Below, piece by piece: positions 43,098 to 54,000 of a stretch of 64,000 nucleotides of DNA. The DNA is from an uncultured delta proteobacterium. GTDB taxonomy: Bacteria > Myxococcota_A > Polyangia > Polyangiales > Houyiibacteriaceae. The stretch lies in the NCBI GenBank assembly GCA_963704865.1, contig CAVPIE010000008.1, positions 29,357 through 93,356 on the forward strand, given 5' to 3'. The translations under genes and the position numbers were made by a program. A model generated the notes under the pieces. The model had not been told where the DNA came from. It was given only the letters and a program-made list of their open reading frames with translations, and did not search any database. Within the stretch, counting starts at the first letter, position 1. Each line of letters starts with the position of its first letter.

Positions 43098-44374
43098 GTT
43101 TCGAAGGGGTCGCGGAGGTCGGCGGTGTCCTCGCGATCGGGGCCAACGCTGACCACGCCGATGGGGCAGCCAACCTCTTGCTCGATCCGAGCGAGGTACG
43201 CCTGCGCGGCCGCGGGCAGCTCGTCCCGGGTTCGGCAGCCGGAAAGATCTTCGTTCCAGCCCTGCAGTGTTTCGTAGATCGGCTGGACCGCTTCGAGGCG
43301 ATCGTAGGGCGGGTAGTCGAGCCGCTCGCCGTCGAGATCGTAGGCCACGCAGAATTTGATGTCGTCGACGGCTGTCAAGACGTCGAGCTTGGTGATCGCC
43401 AGCTCATCGAGCCCGTTGACCGCAACGGCATGCCGCAGGGCGACCAAATCGAGCCAGCCACAACGGCGTGGACGCCCGGTCGTCGAGCCATACTCCGCGC
43501 CTGCATCCCGTAGCAGCTGGCCGGTCTCGTCCTCGAGCTCGGTCGGGAAGGGGCCACCGCCGACACGCGTCGTGTAGGCCTTTGCGATCCCCACGGCTTG
43601 GTCAATGTGGGTGGGGCCGATCCCGGCACCCGCGCATGCTCCGCCCGCAACCGCGTTTGAGCTCGTGACGAAGGGATAGGTCCCGTTGTCGATGTCGAGC
43701 ATGGTGCCCTGCGCACCTTCGAGCAGGATCTTCTCGTCAGCCTGAATCGATGCGCGCACGATCGCGGCGGCGTCGCCGATGTATCCCCGAAGCGCTTCTC
43801 CGAGCGCGGCGTACTGCGTGAGGACTTCCTCGGCGCTTGGAAGTGTGCCGCCAAGGTCGTCTGCGACGGGACGCCAGCATTCGAGGTTTGCATCGAGCTT
43901 GCGCCGCAGCATCTCGACGTGGAGCAGATCCCCCATGCGGACGCCGCGCCGCGCGACCTTGTCTTCGTAGCACGGGCCGATGCCGCGCTTGGTCGTTCCA
44001 ATCGCCTCGTTCGACTTCTTTTCTCGAAGTCCGTCGATCAGCTTGTGCTGCGGCAGGACGACGTGCGCGCGCTGACTGACGAGCAGCCGGTCGTCGGTTG
44101 CCACCCCGCGCTCTGACAGTGCTTCGATCTCTTTTAGGAACACCGCCGGGTCGATGACCGTGCCCTGGCCCACGACGCACTGGGTCTCTTCGTGAAGAAT
44201 GCCTGATGGGATCAGGTGCAGAATCAGCTTCTCGCCATTGACCACGAGGGTGTGTCCCGCGTTTGCCCCGCCCGCGTATCGCACCACGAGCTCGGCGTAC
44301 GGCGCGTAGAGGTCAACGACCTTGCCCTTGCCTTCGTCGCCCCACTGGGCCCCTACCACCACCACTGCACTCAT
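43094..44374 (-). CDS. purA: Adenylosuccinate synthase
   Basis: MSAVVVVGAQWGDEGKGKVVD, GTTKRGIGPCYEDK and GTTGRPRRCGWLD motifs. Confidence 0.93.
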   Translation of the reverse strand: MSAVVVVGAQWGDEGKGKVVDLYAPYAELVVRYAGGANAGHTLVVNGEKLILHLIPSGILHEETQCVVGQGTVIDPAVFLKEIEALSERGVATDDRLLVSQRAHVVLPQHKLIDGLREKKSNEAIGTTKRGIGPCYEDKVARRGVRMGDLLHVEMLRRKLDANLECWRPVADDLGGTLPSAEEVLTQYAALGEALRGYIGDAAAIVRASIQADEKILLEGAQGTMLDIDNGTYPFVTSSNAVAGGACAGAGIGPTHIDQAVGIAKAYTTRVGGGPFPTELEDETGQLLRDAGAEYGSTTGRPRRCGWLDLVALRHAVAVNGLDELAITKLDVLTAVDDIKFCVAYDLDGERLDYPPYDRLEAVQPIYETLQGWNEDLSGCRTRDELPAAAQAYLARIEQEVGCPIGVVSVGPDREDTADLRDPFET

Positions 44375-45714
44375 GTTTCGTTCCCAACTCGTGCCCAAGA
44401 GATTAGTTTCACAAACAGCTCGTCGCCTGGCTCACCCTCGAGCGGTCGCGTGCGGCCGTCCTTCAAGCGTGTGAGACGCGCATCGCTTCCTTGATGCCAG
44501 ATCAACAGGTCGTAATCCCAGGCCTTCCCGTACTGCTTTGCTTCATCGGGGCTTTTCGATGGGATGACAGCCACTCTCGCGCCGCGGCTGCGCCAGAGCT
44601 CCGCGGTCTTGCGACGACGCGCGTAGCTGCCGCCGGCCACCACGGCGCGCAGAGGCAGCTTGCCTTCGAGGGAGATCCCCGCTTCGGAGAGAGCCCAAAG
44701 GACGTTGTCCACTTCGAAAGCGAATCCGGTTGCAGGTGCTGGAGCATCGTAGCGACGGAGGAGGTCATCGTAGCGTCCACCCATTCCAAGCGGCTCGCCG
44801 GGCCCCGCAGCGAGAAGCGTCATGCTCACCCCGGTATAGTAACTGTGTCGGCGCAGATCGCTCAGATCGATCGCCACTCGCTCCCCGAGGCCTGCCGACT
44901 CCAATCGTTCCACGACTCGTTCGAGCTCGTCGAGCGCGCGTCGCGCGGCGCTGTTCCTAAGGCCTCGCCGGGCGTCCGCGAGCACCGAACGGTCTCCATA
45001 GAGATCGCAGAGCATGATCAGACGCCTGCGCTCGGTGGCGATGACCCCGGCGCCCTTGAGCAGCTTTTCGAGATTGGTCGCGTCCTTGGCGGCAAGCGTT
45101 TCGACGACCGCGAGGCGCGCGTTCGCGGCCACATGTTCGAGGACCTCCGCGCCGATTTTTACCTGCGCGAGCTCGACCAGGAAATCTTCGAGGCCCACTT
45201 TCTCGCACGCGCGAACCGCGACCTCGATCACCTCGGCGTCCGCTTCGGGACCCTTCAGCCCGACGCACTCGATGCCGCACTGTAGAACTTGATGCTGCTT
45301 GCGCGCACGACCTCGTCGGCGACGTACGATCGTACCTTCGTAGCAGAGGCGCCAGGGCGCGGGCCGATCTTGAAGTCTCGTTGCGACGATGCGCGCGATC
45401 TGCGGCGTCATGTCCGGACGCAGCAGGGCGACCTCGCCCGAATCGGGCTCGATGAATCGCACGAGGTCACGGCGGTCGACCGTGCCGAGGCCCCGTTCTA
45501 TGACTTCCGCGTACTCCACCGGCGGGGTGGTGACCCGCTGGTAGCCGTGGAGGTCGAAGGTCTCCATCAGCCCCTGCCAAAGAAGGGTCCGCGTCATGGA
45601 CGCCGGCGGCAGAAGGTCGCGCATCCCACCGGGAGGAGTCATCGGCAGGCCAGGAATCGAGGTCCCGAGCCGCGCGTCGCTCCCGGCCCGTCGCTTTCGC
45701 GGCGAAGGGGGCAT
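44371..45714 (-). CDS. hisZ: ATP phosphoribosyltransferase regulatory subunit HisZ (HisRS paralogue)
   Basis: GMRDLLPP..., LRPDMTPQIARI (HisZ-type rather than the HisS LRPEGT), and GGRYDDLL. Conserved hisZ-purA adjacency with an ATGA overlap. The start is uncertain (45714 or ATG 45642). Confidence 0.78.
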   Translation of the reverse strand: MPPSPRKRRAGSDARLGTSIPGLPMTPPGGMRDLLPPASMTRTLLWQGLMETFDLHGYQRVTTPPVEYAEVIERGLGTVDRRDLVRFIEPDSGEVALLRPDMTPQIARIVATRLQDRPAPWRLCYEGTIVRRRRGRARKQHQVLQCGIECVGLKGPEADAEVIEVAVRACEKVGLEDFLVELAQVKIGAEVLEHVAANARLAVVETLAAKDATNLEKLLKGAGVIATERRRLIMLCDLYGDRSVLADARRGLRNSAARRALDELERVVERLESAGLGERVAIDLSDLRRHSYYTGVSMTLLAAGPGEPLGMGGRYDDLLRRYDAPAPATGFAFEVDNVLWALSEAGISLEGKLPLRAVVAGGSYARRRKTAELWRSRGARVAVIPSKSPDEAKQYGKAWDYDLLIWHQGSDARLTRLKDGRTRPLEGEPGDELFVKLISWARVGNET

Positions 45715-45715
45715 C

Positions 45716-47305
45716 TCAGAGCCTCAAGGTATGCACACTGCTCACGTACCCGATGCCGCGGAGCTCGTCGAGGGCGTCGCTGCCTACGATCGTATCGACG
45801 TTCCAGATCGCCAATGCCTGGCCGCCCGCTTCGTCGAGCCCGACCTGCATCCGCGAGACGTTGATCCCGCGGTTGCCCAGCAAGGTACCGACCGATCCGA
45901 TGACGCCGGGTCGGTCCTCGTTGCGAATGATGACGATGGGGCCCTCCATCACCGCGTCGATCTCGTAGCCCTCGAGGCCGACCAGACGCGGCTCGCCTTT
46001 GCGGCCCGGTGTGCCGGTTGCCGTGTGGATGCCCTTTTCGCCGGTGACGGTCACACGCACCGTCGTGGCGTATCGGTCGCTTGGCTCTTTGACCTCGGCG
46101 AGCCGAATGCCGCGCTCTTGTGCCTCGTAAGGGGCGCTGATCGGATTGACCGGCTCTTCGAGGTGATGTTCGAGGAACCCGGCGAGAGCCGCGCGCGCAA
46201 TCGGAGTCACGCCGAGCTCGCCCGCCTCGCCGGTGCAGGTCACCCGCAGCTCGCGCACGTCGACCGGATCGAGCTGGCCCACCAAGCTGCCGAGCAGCTT
46301 GGCGACGTCGAGGTAGGGCTTGAGCCGCTCTGCGATTTCCTGGGGGAGCGCCGGCACGTTGACGGCGTTCTTCACGATGCCGAGTTGAAGGTAGCCGATC
46401 GCTTGCTCCGCGATCTCGACGGCCACACGCTCCTGCGCCTCCGAAGTCGAAGCCCCGAGGTGTGGCGTACACAAGACGTTGTCCAAGCTGAGCAGGGGGT
46501 GATCGGAATCGATGGGCTCTTTGGTGAACACGTCGAGAGCGGCGCCGGCGATCTCGCCTGCGGTGATCGCCCGGGCGAGGGCCTCTTCATCCACGATGCC
46601 ACCGCGGGCTGCATTCACCAGCAGTGCGCTGCTCTTCATCTTTTTGAATGCCGCGTCATCGATCATGTTGTTGGTTTCGGGCGTGAGCGGCGCGTGAATC
46701 GTCAAAAAGTCCGCCCGCTTGAAGAGCTCGTCGAGCTCGACCAGCTCGATACCGAGCTCGGCCGCCCGTTCGCTGCTCATCACCGGGTCGACGCCGATGA
46801 CCTTCATCTTGAGGCCCTGGGCACGGTCGGCGACGATGCGTCCGATGTTGCCGAGGCCGATGATGCCGAGCGTCTTGAACGCGATTTCGCGGCCCTGAAA
46901 CTTGCTCTTCTCCCACTTGCCGCCACGCATTGACGTGACCGCCTGTGGGATCTTTCTCGCGAGCGAGGCAAGGAGCGCCAAGGCGTGTTCGGCGGTCGTC
47001 ACGGAGTTTCCCGTCGGGGTGTTCATCACCACGATGCCTCGCCGACTCGCCGCCGGAATGTCCACGTTGTCGACGCCGATTCCGGCGCGACCGACGACCC
47101 TCAGGCGGTCGGCTTGTTCGATGACCCGCGGGGTGACCTGGGTGGCCGAGCGGATGATGAGACCGTCGTACTCGCCGATGATCTCACAGAGCTCATCTTC
47201 GCTCATGCCGGGCCGAAACTCGAGGTCTACACCAGGCGCATCGCGCAAGACTTGGAGCCCCGCCTCGGCGAGCTTGTCGGACACGAGGACACGTACATTG
47301 GGCAT
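45716..47305 (-). CDS. serA: D-3-phosphoglycerate dehydrogenase (long form with ASB and ACT domains)
   Basis: GIIGLGNIGRIVA NAD fold, the catalytic ...ARGG...TPHLGAST pattern, and a C-terminal ACT-like RNEDRPGVIGSVGTLLG. Confidence 0.9.
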   Translation of the reverse strand: MPNVRVLVSDKLAEAGLQVLRDAPGVDLEFRPGMSEDELCEIIGEYDGLIIRSATQVTPRVIEQADRLRVVGRAGIGVDNVDIPAASRRGIVVMNTPTGNSVTTAEHALALLASLARKIPQAVTSMRGGKWEKSKFQGREIAFKTLGIIGLGNIGRIVADRAQGLKMKVIGVDPVMSSERAAELGIELVELDELFKRADFLTIHAPLTPETNNMIDDAAFKKMKSSALLVNAARGGIVDEEALARAITAGEIAGAALDVFTKEPIDSDHPLLSLDNVLCTPHLGASTSEAQERVAVEIAEQAIGYLQLGIVKNAVNVPALPQEIAERLKPYLDVAKLLGSLVGQLDPVDVRELRVTCTGEAGELGVTPIARAALAGFLEHHLEEPVNPISAPYEAQERGIRLAEVKEPSDRYATTVRVTVTGEKGIHTATGTPGRKGEPRLVGLEGYEIDAVMEGPIVIIRNEDRPGVIGSVGTLLGNRGINVSRMQVGLDEAGGQALAIWNVDTIVGSDALDELRGIGYVSSVHTLRL

Positions 47306-47391
47306 CGCTACTCCTATGAATTCGGCCTGAAAAGCCGGGCGCAGAGCTAGCAGCAGCCCATCGGGGGGTCAAGGAGGGGCAGCGGCCGCAC

Positions 47392-49389
47392 TCAGACCCA
47401 CTGGACGGCGCCAAGACTGAGTAGAATCGAAGCGACGCGGTAACCGCGCTGTGGGTCACTGTTGCCCGGCTGCTGAGTGACGAATTGCGCCAGCCGCTCG
47501 ATGCTCTGTGGCTCCTCGCAGAGCCTCAGCGCGGCGCGAAGGTCGTCGGGGAGGGCCGCGGTGGCGACTCCGGTGTCGATTCGTTCGGGTTGGGCGACCC
47601 GATCCTGTCCGCGCTCCAAGATGAGCTTGGTCTCCAAGCCGGCGGCGATGCGGCGTCGCATACCCCGATCGAGGATCTCCCACGCGTCGAGGCGCAGCGG
47701 AAAGCCGCTGCTCGGCGGGTCGACTCCATCGTAGAAGGTCGCGGTGCCCGATTCCCAGCTGAACAAGTCCAGAAGCTTCTCGCGGACCTGCTCGGCGATG
47801 TGCCGAAAGAGCTCCAAGGGCTCGACGAGCGCGAGTGCGACGAGCGTGTCGCCCAGCTTGCCTTCGAAACGGGGCATCACTGCGAGTGCCATGTCGAGCT
47901 CCGTGCGTGTGATGACGCGCTCCTTGACCAGATGCTCGCCCAGAAGCTCCCCGGCGAGATTGCTCGTCACGAATGCTGGAACGCCCTCCTTCGTATAAAC
48001 CTCCTTGCGGACGCCGCCTTGCTCGCAGAGCCAGAGGCCGGTGCGTCGTCCGACCAGCGTGCGGGCAAGCGCTCTGACGAAACCGCCGTCCTCGAAGTTG
48101 ATGCGTAGGTCCGCGGCCGACGAGGCTTGCACGCGCGTCGTGGTCGGCGTCATGCGGGAGACCGGAACGTGGCGGTAGAGGTCGGTGATCGAAGACAGCG
48201 GTTGAAAGTCTCCGCCAGCGACACTGATGTCGTCGCTCCCGTCGACGTGTCCGGTGGCCACCGCTTCGACCACTTTCGCGTAGGCCAGCGGGCCGACGGT
48301 CGCCCCATTCGGCTTTCGAATCGTGTACTCGAGTGGCGTGACGTTCGTCGTGCTCGGGTGCTCGTCGGAAAGCAAGAGCGGCGTGGGCGGCATGGTCGCC
48401 TTGGGGATCGTGTCGGCCGAGGTCTTGCGCAAACGGGATTCGGCGGTGATGGAACCGACCAGGGCGGCGAGCTCCGCGCGCAGCACGTCTTCGGGCCGGC
48501 TCTGCCACGGATCGAGGGCTGCCCAAAATGCGCGCGCCGTGGGTGGACGTTCCGCCGGGCTCGCCGCAAGCGCCTGAAGAATGACGGAGCCGAGCCCTTC
48601 GGGGAGCTGCGGTAAAAATTCGACGAACGGATGGACCTCGGCGTCGCGAATCGCGAGAAGCACCGCAAGCTCGCTTCCACCTGTAAACAAGGGCCGTCGC
48701 ATGAAGAGCTCGGCGGCAATGACGCCGGTCGAAAAGAGATCGGCGCGCTGGTCGACGTCACCACCCGACACCTGCTCCGGGGCGAGATAGCCGAGCTTGC
48801 CGTTGGCGCGCACCGCGGTGTTCGCCTCGAAGGCGTTGACGTCGGAGCGCGCGATGCCGAAGTCGGCGATCTTCACATCGCCGTGGATCGAAATGAGTAC
48901 GTTCGACGGGCTGATGTCGCGATGGACGATGCCGAGCGTGCCGCCTGCGGCGTCGGTTGCCCGGTGCACGGCGTCGAGACCGCTCAAGATCTGGCGTACC
49001 AAGTAGACCACGAGATCATGCTCGAGCTTTCGGCTGTCTCGGGTGAGGCGCCGGTTCAAGCGCCACAGGTCGCAGCCCGGAACGTACTCGAGCGTCAGGT
49101 AGGGCTGTCCCTCGATCTCGCCGTGGCCAAGGACGTGCACCACGTTGGGATGCGTGATGTGACTGGCGAGCCTGGCCTCTTCGGCGAACATCTGCTGCGC
49201 ATTGGTTTCATCGGCGATATGCGGAAGCATTCGTTTCAGGACCACGACCCGCGGTTCGCCCGCCGCCCGCGGCTCGAGGGCACGAAAGACTTCCGCCATC
49301 CCTCCAACTGCAATACGGTCGACCAAGGTGTAGTCGCCCAATGGAGTATTCGGCGGAGGCGCAGGCGGCGGTGACGATGGTCTTGGCAC
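47392..49389 (-). CDS. Serine/threonine protein kinase (Hanks type) with a DUF4388/PATAN-like C-terminal domain
   Basis: GGMAEVF G-loop, VVLKRM, HRDISPSNVLI, DFGIAR and YLAPE motifs. The C-terminus has GLWLCEQGGVRKEVYTKEGVPAFVTSN...LGEHLV, typical of DUF4388. Confidence 0.85.
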   Translation of the reverse strand: MPRPSSPPPAPPPNTPLGDYTLVDRIAVGGMAEVFRALEPRAAGEPRVVVLKRMLPHIADETNAQQMFAEEARLASHITHPNVVHVLGHGEIEGQPYLTLEYVPGCDLWRLNRRLTRDSRKLEHDLVVYLVRQILSGLDAVHRATDAAGGTLGIVHRDISPSNVLISIHGDVKIADFGIARSDVNAFEANTAVRANGKLGYLAPEQVSGGDVDQRADLFSTGVIAAELFMRRPLFTGGSELAVLLAIRDAEVHPFVEFLPQLPEGLGSVILQALAASPAERPPTARAFWAALDPWQSRPEDVLRAELAALVGSITAESRLRKTSADTIPKATMPPTPLLLSDEHPSTTNVTPLEYTIRKPNGATVGPLAYAKVVEAVATGHVDGSDDISVAGGDFQPLSSITDLYRHVPVSRMTPTTTRVQASSAADLRINFEDGGFVRALARTLVGRRTGLWLCEQGGVRKEVYTKEGVPAFVTSNLAGELLGEHLVKERVITRTELDMALAVMPRFEGKLGDTLVALALVEPLELFRHIAEQVREKLLDLFSWESGTATFYDGVDPPSSGFPLRLDAWEILDRGMRRRIAAGLETKLILERGQDRVAQPERIDTGVATAALPDDLRAALRLCEEPQSIERLAQFVTQQPGNSDPQRGYRVASILLSLGAVQWV

Positions 49390-49463
49390 ATCTGGATTGT
49401 AACGGTGCCAACGGAAAATATCGATATTAGGAAAACAAAGTTAAGCAGAATTCGGAGAATTCC

Positions 49464-50129
49464 ATGGCGGATCAAAGTTCCAGAGCGGGAGAACGGTATG
49501 CCAGTGCACAAATCCTCGACTATGCCGCGAGCACTCACCATCCCGAAGACAGCGCACTGGCTCGCGCGTTCGAGGCGCCCGCTCGGCACGGCATGCCAGA
49601 AATTCAGCTGGGCCCAGCGGAGGGCAGGCTCATCGAGCTGCTTTTGCGGCTGACAAAGGCCCACAAAGTCGTCGAAGTCGGCACCTTGGCTGGTTACTCC
49701 GCTCTATGGATTGCACGCGCGCTCCCGCCCGGTGGCCACCTGTGGACGATCGAGGCGAACCCGAAGCATGCGGGAGTCGCCGCCGAGGTCATCGGAGAGG
49801 CCGGATTGGGCGACCGCGTGACCATCGTTCGAGACGATGCCGCCGAGATCCTTCCAAAGCTCAGTAATTCTGGACCATTTTGTGCGGTCTTCCTCGACGC
49901 AGACAAGGGCCGCTACGACGTTTACGGCCGCTGGGCCATGGAGAACCTGCGAAGTGGGGGATTGCTGATCGGGGACAACGCCTATCTCTTCGGTCGACTT
50001 CTCGAAGACAGCGACGAGGCGAGGGCGATGCGGCGTTTTCACGAGGAGATGGCGGTCCACTTCGATTCCGTCTGCGTGCCTACGCCGGATGGTCTGGCGG
50101 TTGGGGTCAAGGTGGCGCCAGTCGCTTGA
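49464..50129 (+). CDS. Class I SAM-dependent O-methyltransferase (caffeoyl-CoA OMT-like)
   Basis: VVEVGTLAGYSALWIA SAM-binding motif and FLDADKGRYDVY, typical of family 3 O-methyltransferases. Confidence 0.8.
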   Translation: MADQSSRAGERYASAQILDYAASTHHPEDSALARAFEAPARHGMPEIQLGPAEGRLIELLLRLTKAHKVVEVGTLAGYSALWIARALPPGGHLWTIEANPKHAGVAAEVIGEAGLGDRVTIVRDDAAEILPKLSNSGPFCAVFLDADKGRYDVYGRWAMENLRSGGLLIGDNAYLFGRLLEDSDEARAMRRFHEEMAVHFDSVCVPTPDGLAVGVKVAPVA

Positions 50130-50362
50130 CCATTCTTTGCTGGACGGCGATATAGGCTCCCGCGCTTCCGATCGCTCCAGGCTTGACGGCGTTTTGGAGC
50201 GGCCCTAGCGGGCCCGCAGGGAGAGGGAAAGTCGAGCGTGGCTCGGCTGCGCAGCCGCCGCCTGGATCTTGTGCGTGGAAAAGTGACGAACCGACTTGTC
50301 CGACCCTCGAGCTTCGCCTACATGGCGGCCGGTCGTTTAGAGGACTGAAGAGAAAACGCAGC

Positions 50363-51001
50363 ATGCAGATTTTCCCCCGCGAGTTGAACTACTTGCCCCT
50401 GGCCTTGGCCCTCGTGGCCGGCGGTCTCGGAGCCGGCGTGTTCATATTGTTCTGGGTCTACTTCACCCCACCCAACCTGCAGGTCGGCTACACGCCGAAG
50501 CAGCCCGTCGACTACAGCCACCGCCTGCATGCGGGGGAGCTCGGAATGGACTGCCGCTATTGTCACTCCCAGGTGGAGCGCTCTTACGAAGCGATGGTGC
50601 CGCCGACGCAGACCTGCATGGGCTGCCACGCCGTGGTGCGCCCTGAGTCGGCGAAGCTCGCGCCCGTCCGGGAAAGCTGGGAGACAGATGACGCAATCGC
50701 TTGGGTTCGCGTCCACCAGGTTCCCGATCACGCGTTCTTCAACCACAGCGCGCACCTCAGAGCCGGTGTGGGTTGTGCATCCTGCCATGGGCGAATCGAC
50801 CAGATGGAGGTCGTCGGGGTGGTCGAGCCGATCGCGATGCAGTGGTGCTTGGAATGCCACCGCAACCCAGAGGAACACATTCGGCCCAAGAGCGAGATTA
50901 CAAACATGAAATGGGAAGCCGACGAGAATTGGATCGCCCAGCGCGCGGCAATCGCCGGGGTTCTCAATCCACCTTTGCACTGTTCGGGGTGCCACCGATG
51001 A
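50363..51001 (+). CDS. actA: Alternative Complex III subunit ActA (pentahaem cytochrome c, membrane anchored)
   Basis: N-terminal TM helix plus five CxxCH motifs (CRYCH, CMGCH, CASCH, CLECH, CSGCH). The stop overlaps the actB start (ATGA). Confidence 0.85.
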   Translation: MQIFPRELNYLPLALALVAGGLGAGVFILFWVYFTPPNLQVGYTPKQPVDYSHRLHAGELGMDCRYCHSQVERSYEAMVPPTQTCMGCHAVVRPESAKLAPVRESWETDDAIAWVRVHQVPDHAFFNHSAHLRAGVGCASCHGRIDQMEVVGVVEPIAMQWCLECHRNPEEHIRPKSEITNMKWEADENWIAQRAAIAGVLNPPLHCSGCHR

Positions 51002-54000
51002 CTCGCAGAAAGTCCTATGAGCTGAGCCCAGGGAAGGGTCCGTCGATGTGGCGGAGCCTCGAGGACAAGGCTCTCGGTGCCGAGGAGCGGACGAAGCTTG
51101 CCCAAGAAGAGCAGCCGGGCGGTTTCATCACCGATCTGTTGAGCCCCAAGGCGCTCGTCTCACGTCGGTCCTTCGTTCAGGGCTCTTCGATCGCAGCTTT
51201 GGCCGCAGGGCTTCAGGGCTGTGTCCGTCGACCCAAGAACGAGATCCTCCCGTACAGCAAGGCGCCGGAGTACTTGGTGCCGGGCATCCCTTCTCACTTC
51301 GCCACGGTGACGTCGCGGGGACGTGATGCACTCGGCGTCGTGGTCACCAATCATGACGGCCGCCCGACCAAGGTCGAGGGCAACGAGCAGCATACGAGGA
51401 GCCTTGGCGGGACCGATGTGCGTGCTCAGGCCTATGTGTGGGACCTTTACGATCCCGACCGCTCACAGTCCCCCGCGCAACGTCGAGGCAACGCGCTCGT
51501 CGACGTGACCGATGCAAACTTCGACGAGGCCTTGAAGGGATTGGCGCTGAAGCACGAGCAGGACCAGGGAGCCGGCCTCCGAGTCCTCGCGCCGATCTCG
51601 AACAGTCCGTCGTTTCGTCGCATGCGCGGCAAGTTCATCGAGAAGTATCCGAAGGCACGCGTTCACACGTACAGCCCGATCAACGACGACAACGCACGCG
51701 AAGGCGCGCGGATTGCGTTTCAGGGCTCTCCGACCATTCCGGTGTACGACTTTTCGAAGTCGGCGGTCACGGTGTCGCTTGGTTCGGACTTCCTCGGCTC
51801 CGAGCCGGGATCCGTCGCGGCCGGTCGGCGATTCTCCCACACTCGCATGCTCGGTTCGCCGGCCGGGGCGATGAGCCGCCTCTATGTCCTCGAGTCGAAT
51901 TTCACGGTGACGGGCAGCATGGCCGACCACCGTCTACGGATTCCGCAGGCTGACATCGAATGGTTTGCACGCGCTCTGATGATCACCCTCGCAGGTCGTG
52001 GGGCGAACGACCTGAAGCCCATCGCCGATCTCGTGCGACGCGCCGAGGGCGCGGTGGAGTCCGAAGGCATCGACCTCAAGTGGATCGACGCGGTCGCAGA
52101 CGACCTCATCGCGAACCGGGGCCGCTCGCTCGTGATCCCAGGCGCGGGGCAGTCCGCGCGGGTGCATGCACTTGCGGCCGCAATCAATGCGGCGCTCGGC
52201 AACTTTGGCAGAACCACGTTCTTTGGTCCGGTCATCGATCCGGACGACGCGGCAAGCCGGATGAGCATCCCGGACCTCGCCAAGAGCGCCGACGCGATCT
52301 CGACCTTGCTCATCCTCGGCGGCAACCCCGTCTACGATGCGCCAGCGGACGTGAAGTTCGCGGAGCTTCTCGGCCGGGAAGGGCTCACCTCGATCCACCT
52401 GGCGACGCACCGCAACGAGACCTCGGAGCGATGCACCTGGCACGCACCGCTTGCTCATGAGCTCGAGGCTTGGGGCGATCAGCAGGCCTTGGATGGCTCC
52501 GTTGCGATCCAGCAACCGCTGATCGCGCCGCTCTACGGCGGACGCAGCGAAATCGAGCTGCTTGCCTCCATGGCGGGTGAGAAAACCAACTCGGGCCACG
52601 ACATCGTTCGAGAGACACAAGGGGGGCAGCTCGACAAGGACAGCAAAGCCCTCCTAGCCTATGGCGTCCCGGCGACTGATTTGAACAGCGACGTCATCTG
52701 GCGACGTGCGCTTCACAGCGGAATTATACTGAATCCTACACAGTCGAAACCGCCGGTGAACGTAGCGGCCGTGGTCGAAGCGCTGATCACGGTGCCGAAG
52801 CGCAAGCCGGTCGGCAAGGACAACTTCGAAGTGGTCTTCGAACCCGATCCGGCCCTCTGGGACGGCACCCATGCCAACAACCTGTGGGCGCTCGAGTTGC
52901 CGAGCCCGATGACGAAGCTGGTTTGGGACAATGCGGCGCTGATGTCGCCGACCACGGCACGGGAGCTCGGCGTCAAGAACGGTCAGATGCTTCGCCTCAG
53001 CAAGGGCGAGGCCAAGGTCGAGATCCCCGCCTGGATCGTTCCTGGACACGCGGACTACTCGGTGACCGTGAATCTGGGTTGGGGCCGAACCGCTGCCGGC
53101 CGATACGGCAATGGCAAGGGCTTCGATGTGAACCCGCTTCGTATGTCCAGCCAAATGGACTTCACCGATGGCGTGACAGTCGAAGCGCTCCGCGAGACCT
53201 ACAGTTTGGTGCAGACCCAGACGCACGACCGGATGGAGGGCCGCCCGATCGCGATCGACGCGACGCTCGACGAGTACAAAAAGGAGCCGGACTTCGCTTC
53301 GTACCGGTCCGTCGACCCCGTGAGCACGCCACCGCTGTGGAAGCAGGTGGACTACAGCGAAGGTCACAAGTGGGGCATGACGATCGACCTCAACGGATGC
53401 ACCGGTTGCAACGCCTGCGTCGTCGCCTGTCAGTCGGAGAACAACATCCCCGTGGTGGGCAAGTTTGAAGTGGAGAGGGGTCGCGAGATGCACTGGCTTC
53501 GCATCGACCGGTACTTCGTCGGTGACGACGAGAACAATCCCGAGGTTGCGGTGCAGCCTGTCACCTGCCAGCAGTGCGAAGAAGCGCCCTGCGAGAACGT
53601 CTGCCCAGTCAACGCGACGGTTCACTCGCCCGAGGGCCTCAATGACATGGTCTACAACCGTTGCGTGGGCACTCGATACTGCGCGAACAACTGTCCGTAC
53701 AAGGTCCGCCGCTTCAACTACCTCGACTGGCACGGCCACCTGGACGACAAGTTCGGTTGGTACGAAGACTTCCCCGAATCGAGGAAGCTCCAGTTCAACC
53801 CCAACGTGACCGTTCGCATGCGCGGCGTCATGGAGAAATGCACCTATTGCGTGCAGCGGATCGAAAAAGGGAAGCTCTCCGCCAAGCTCGAGGGCCGCAT
53901 TCTCCGGGACGGCGAGATCAAGAGCGCGTGCCAGCAGGCCTGCCCGACGGGAGCCATCACATTCGGCGACCTCAATGACCCGAAGAGCCGCGTGTCCAAG

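Noticed and set aside
50182-50215. Possible promoter upstream of actA (TTGACG, a 17-nt spacer, then TAGCGG).
   Set aside because: The -10 hexamer is poor and there is no supporting feature, so the evidence is too weak to list as a feature.
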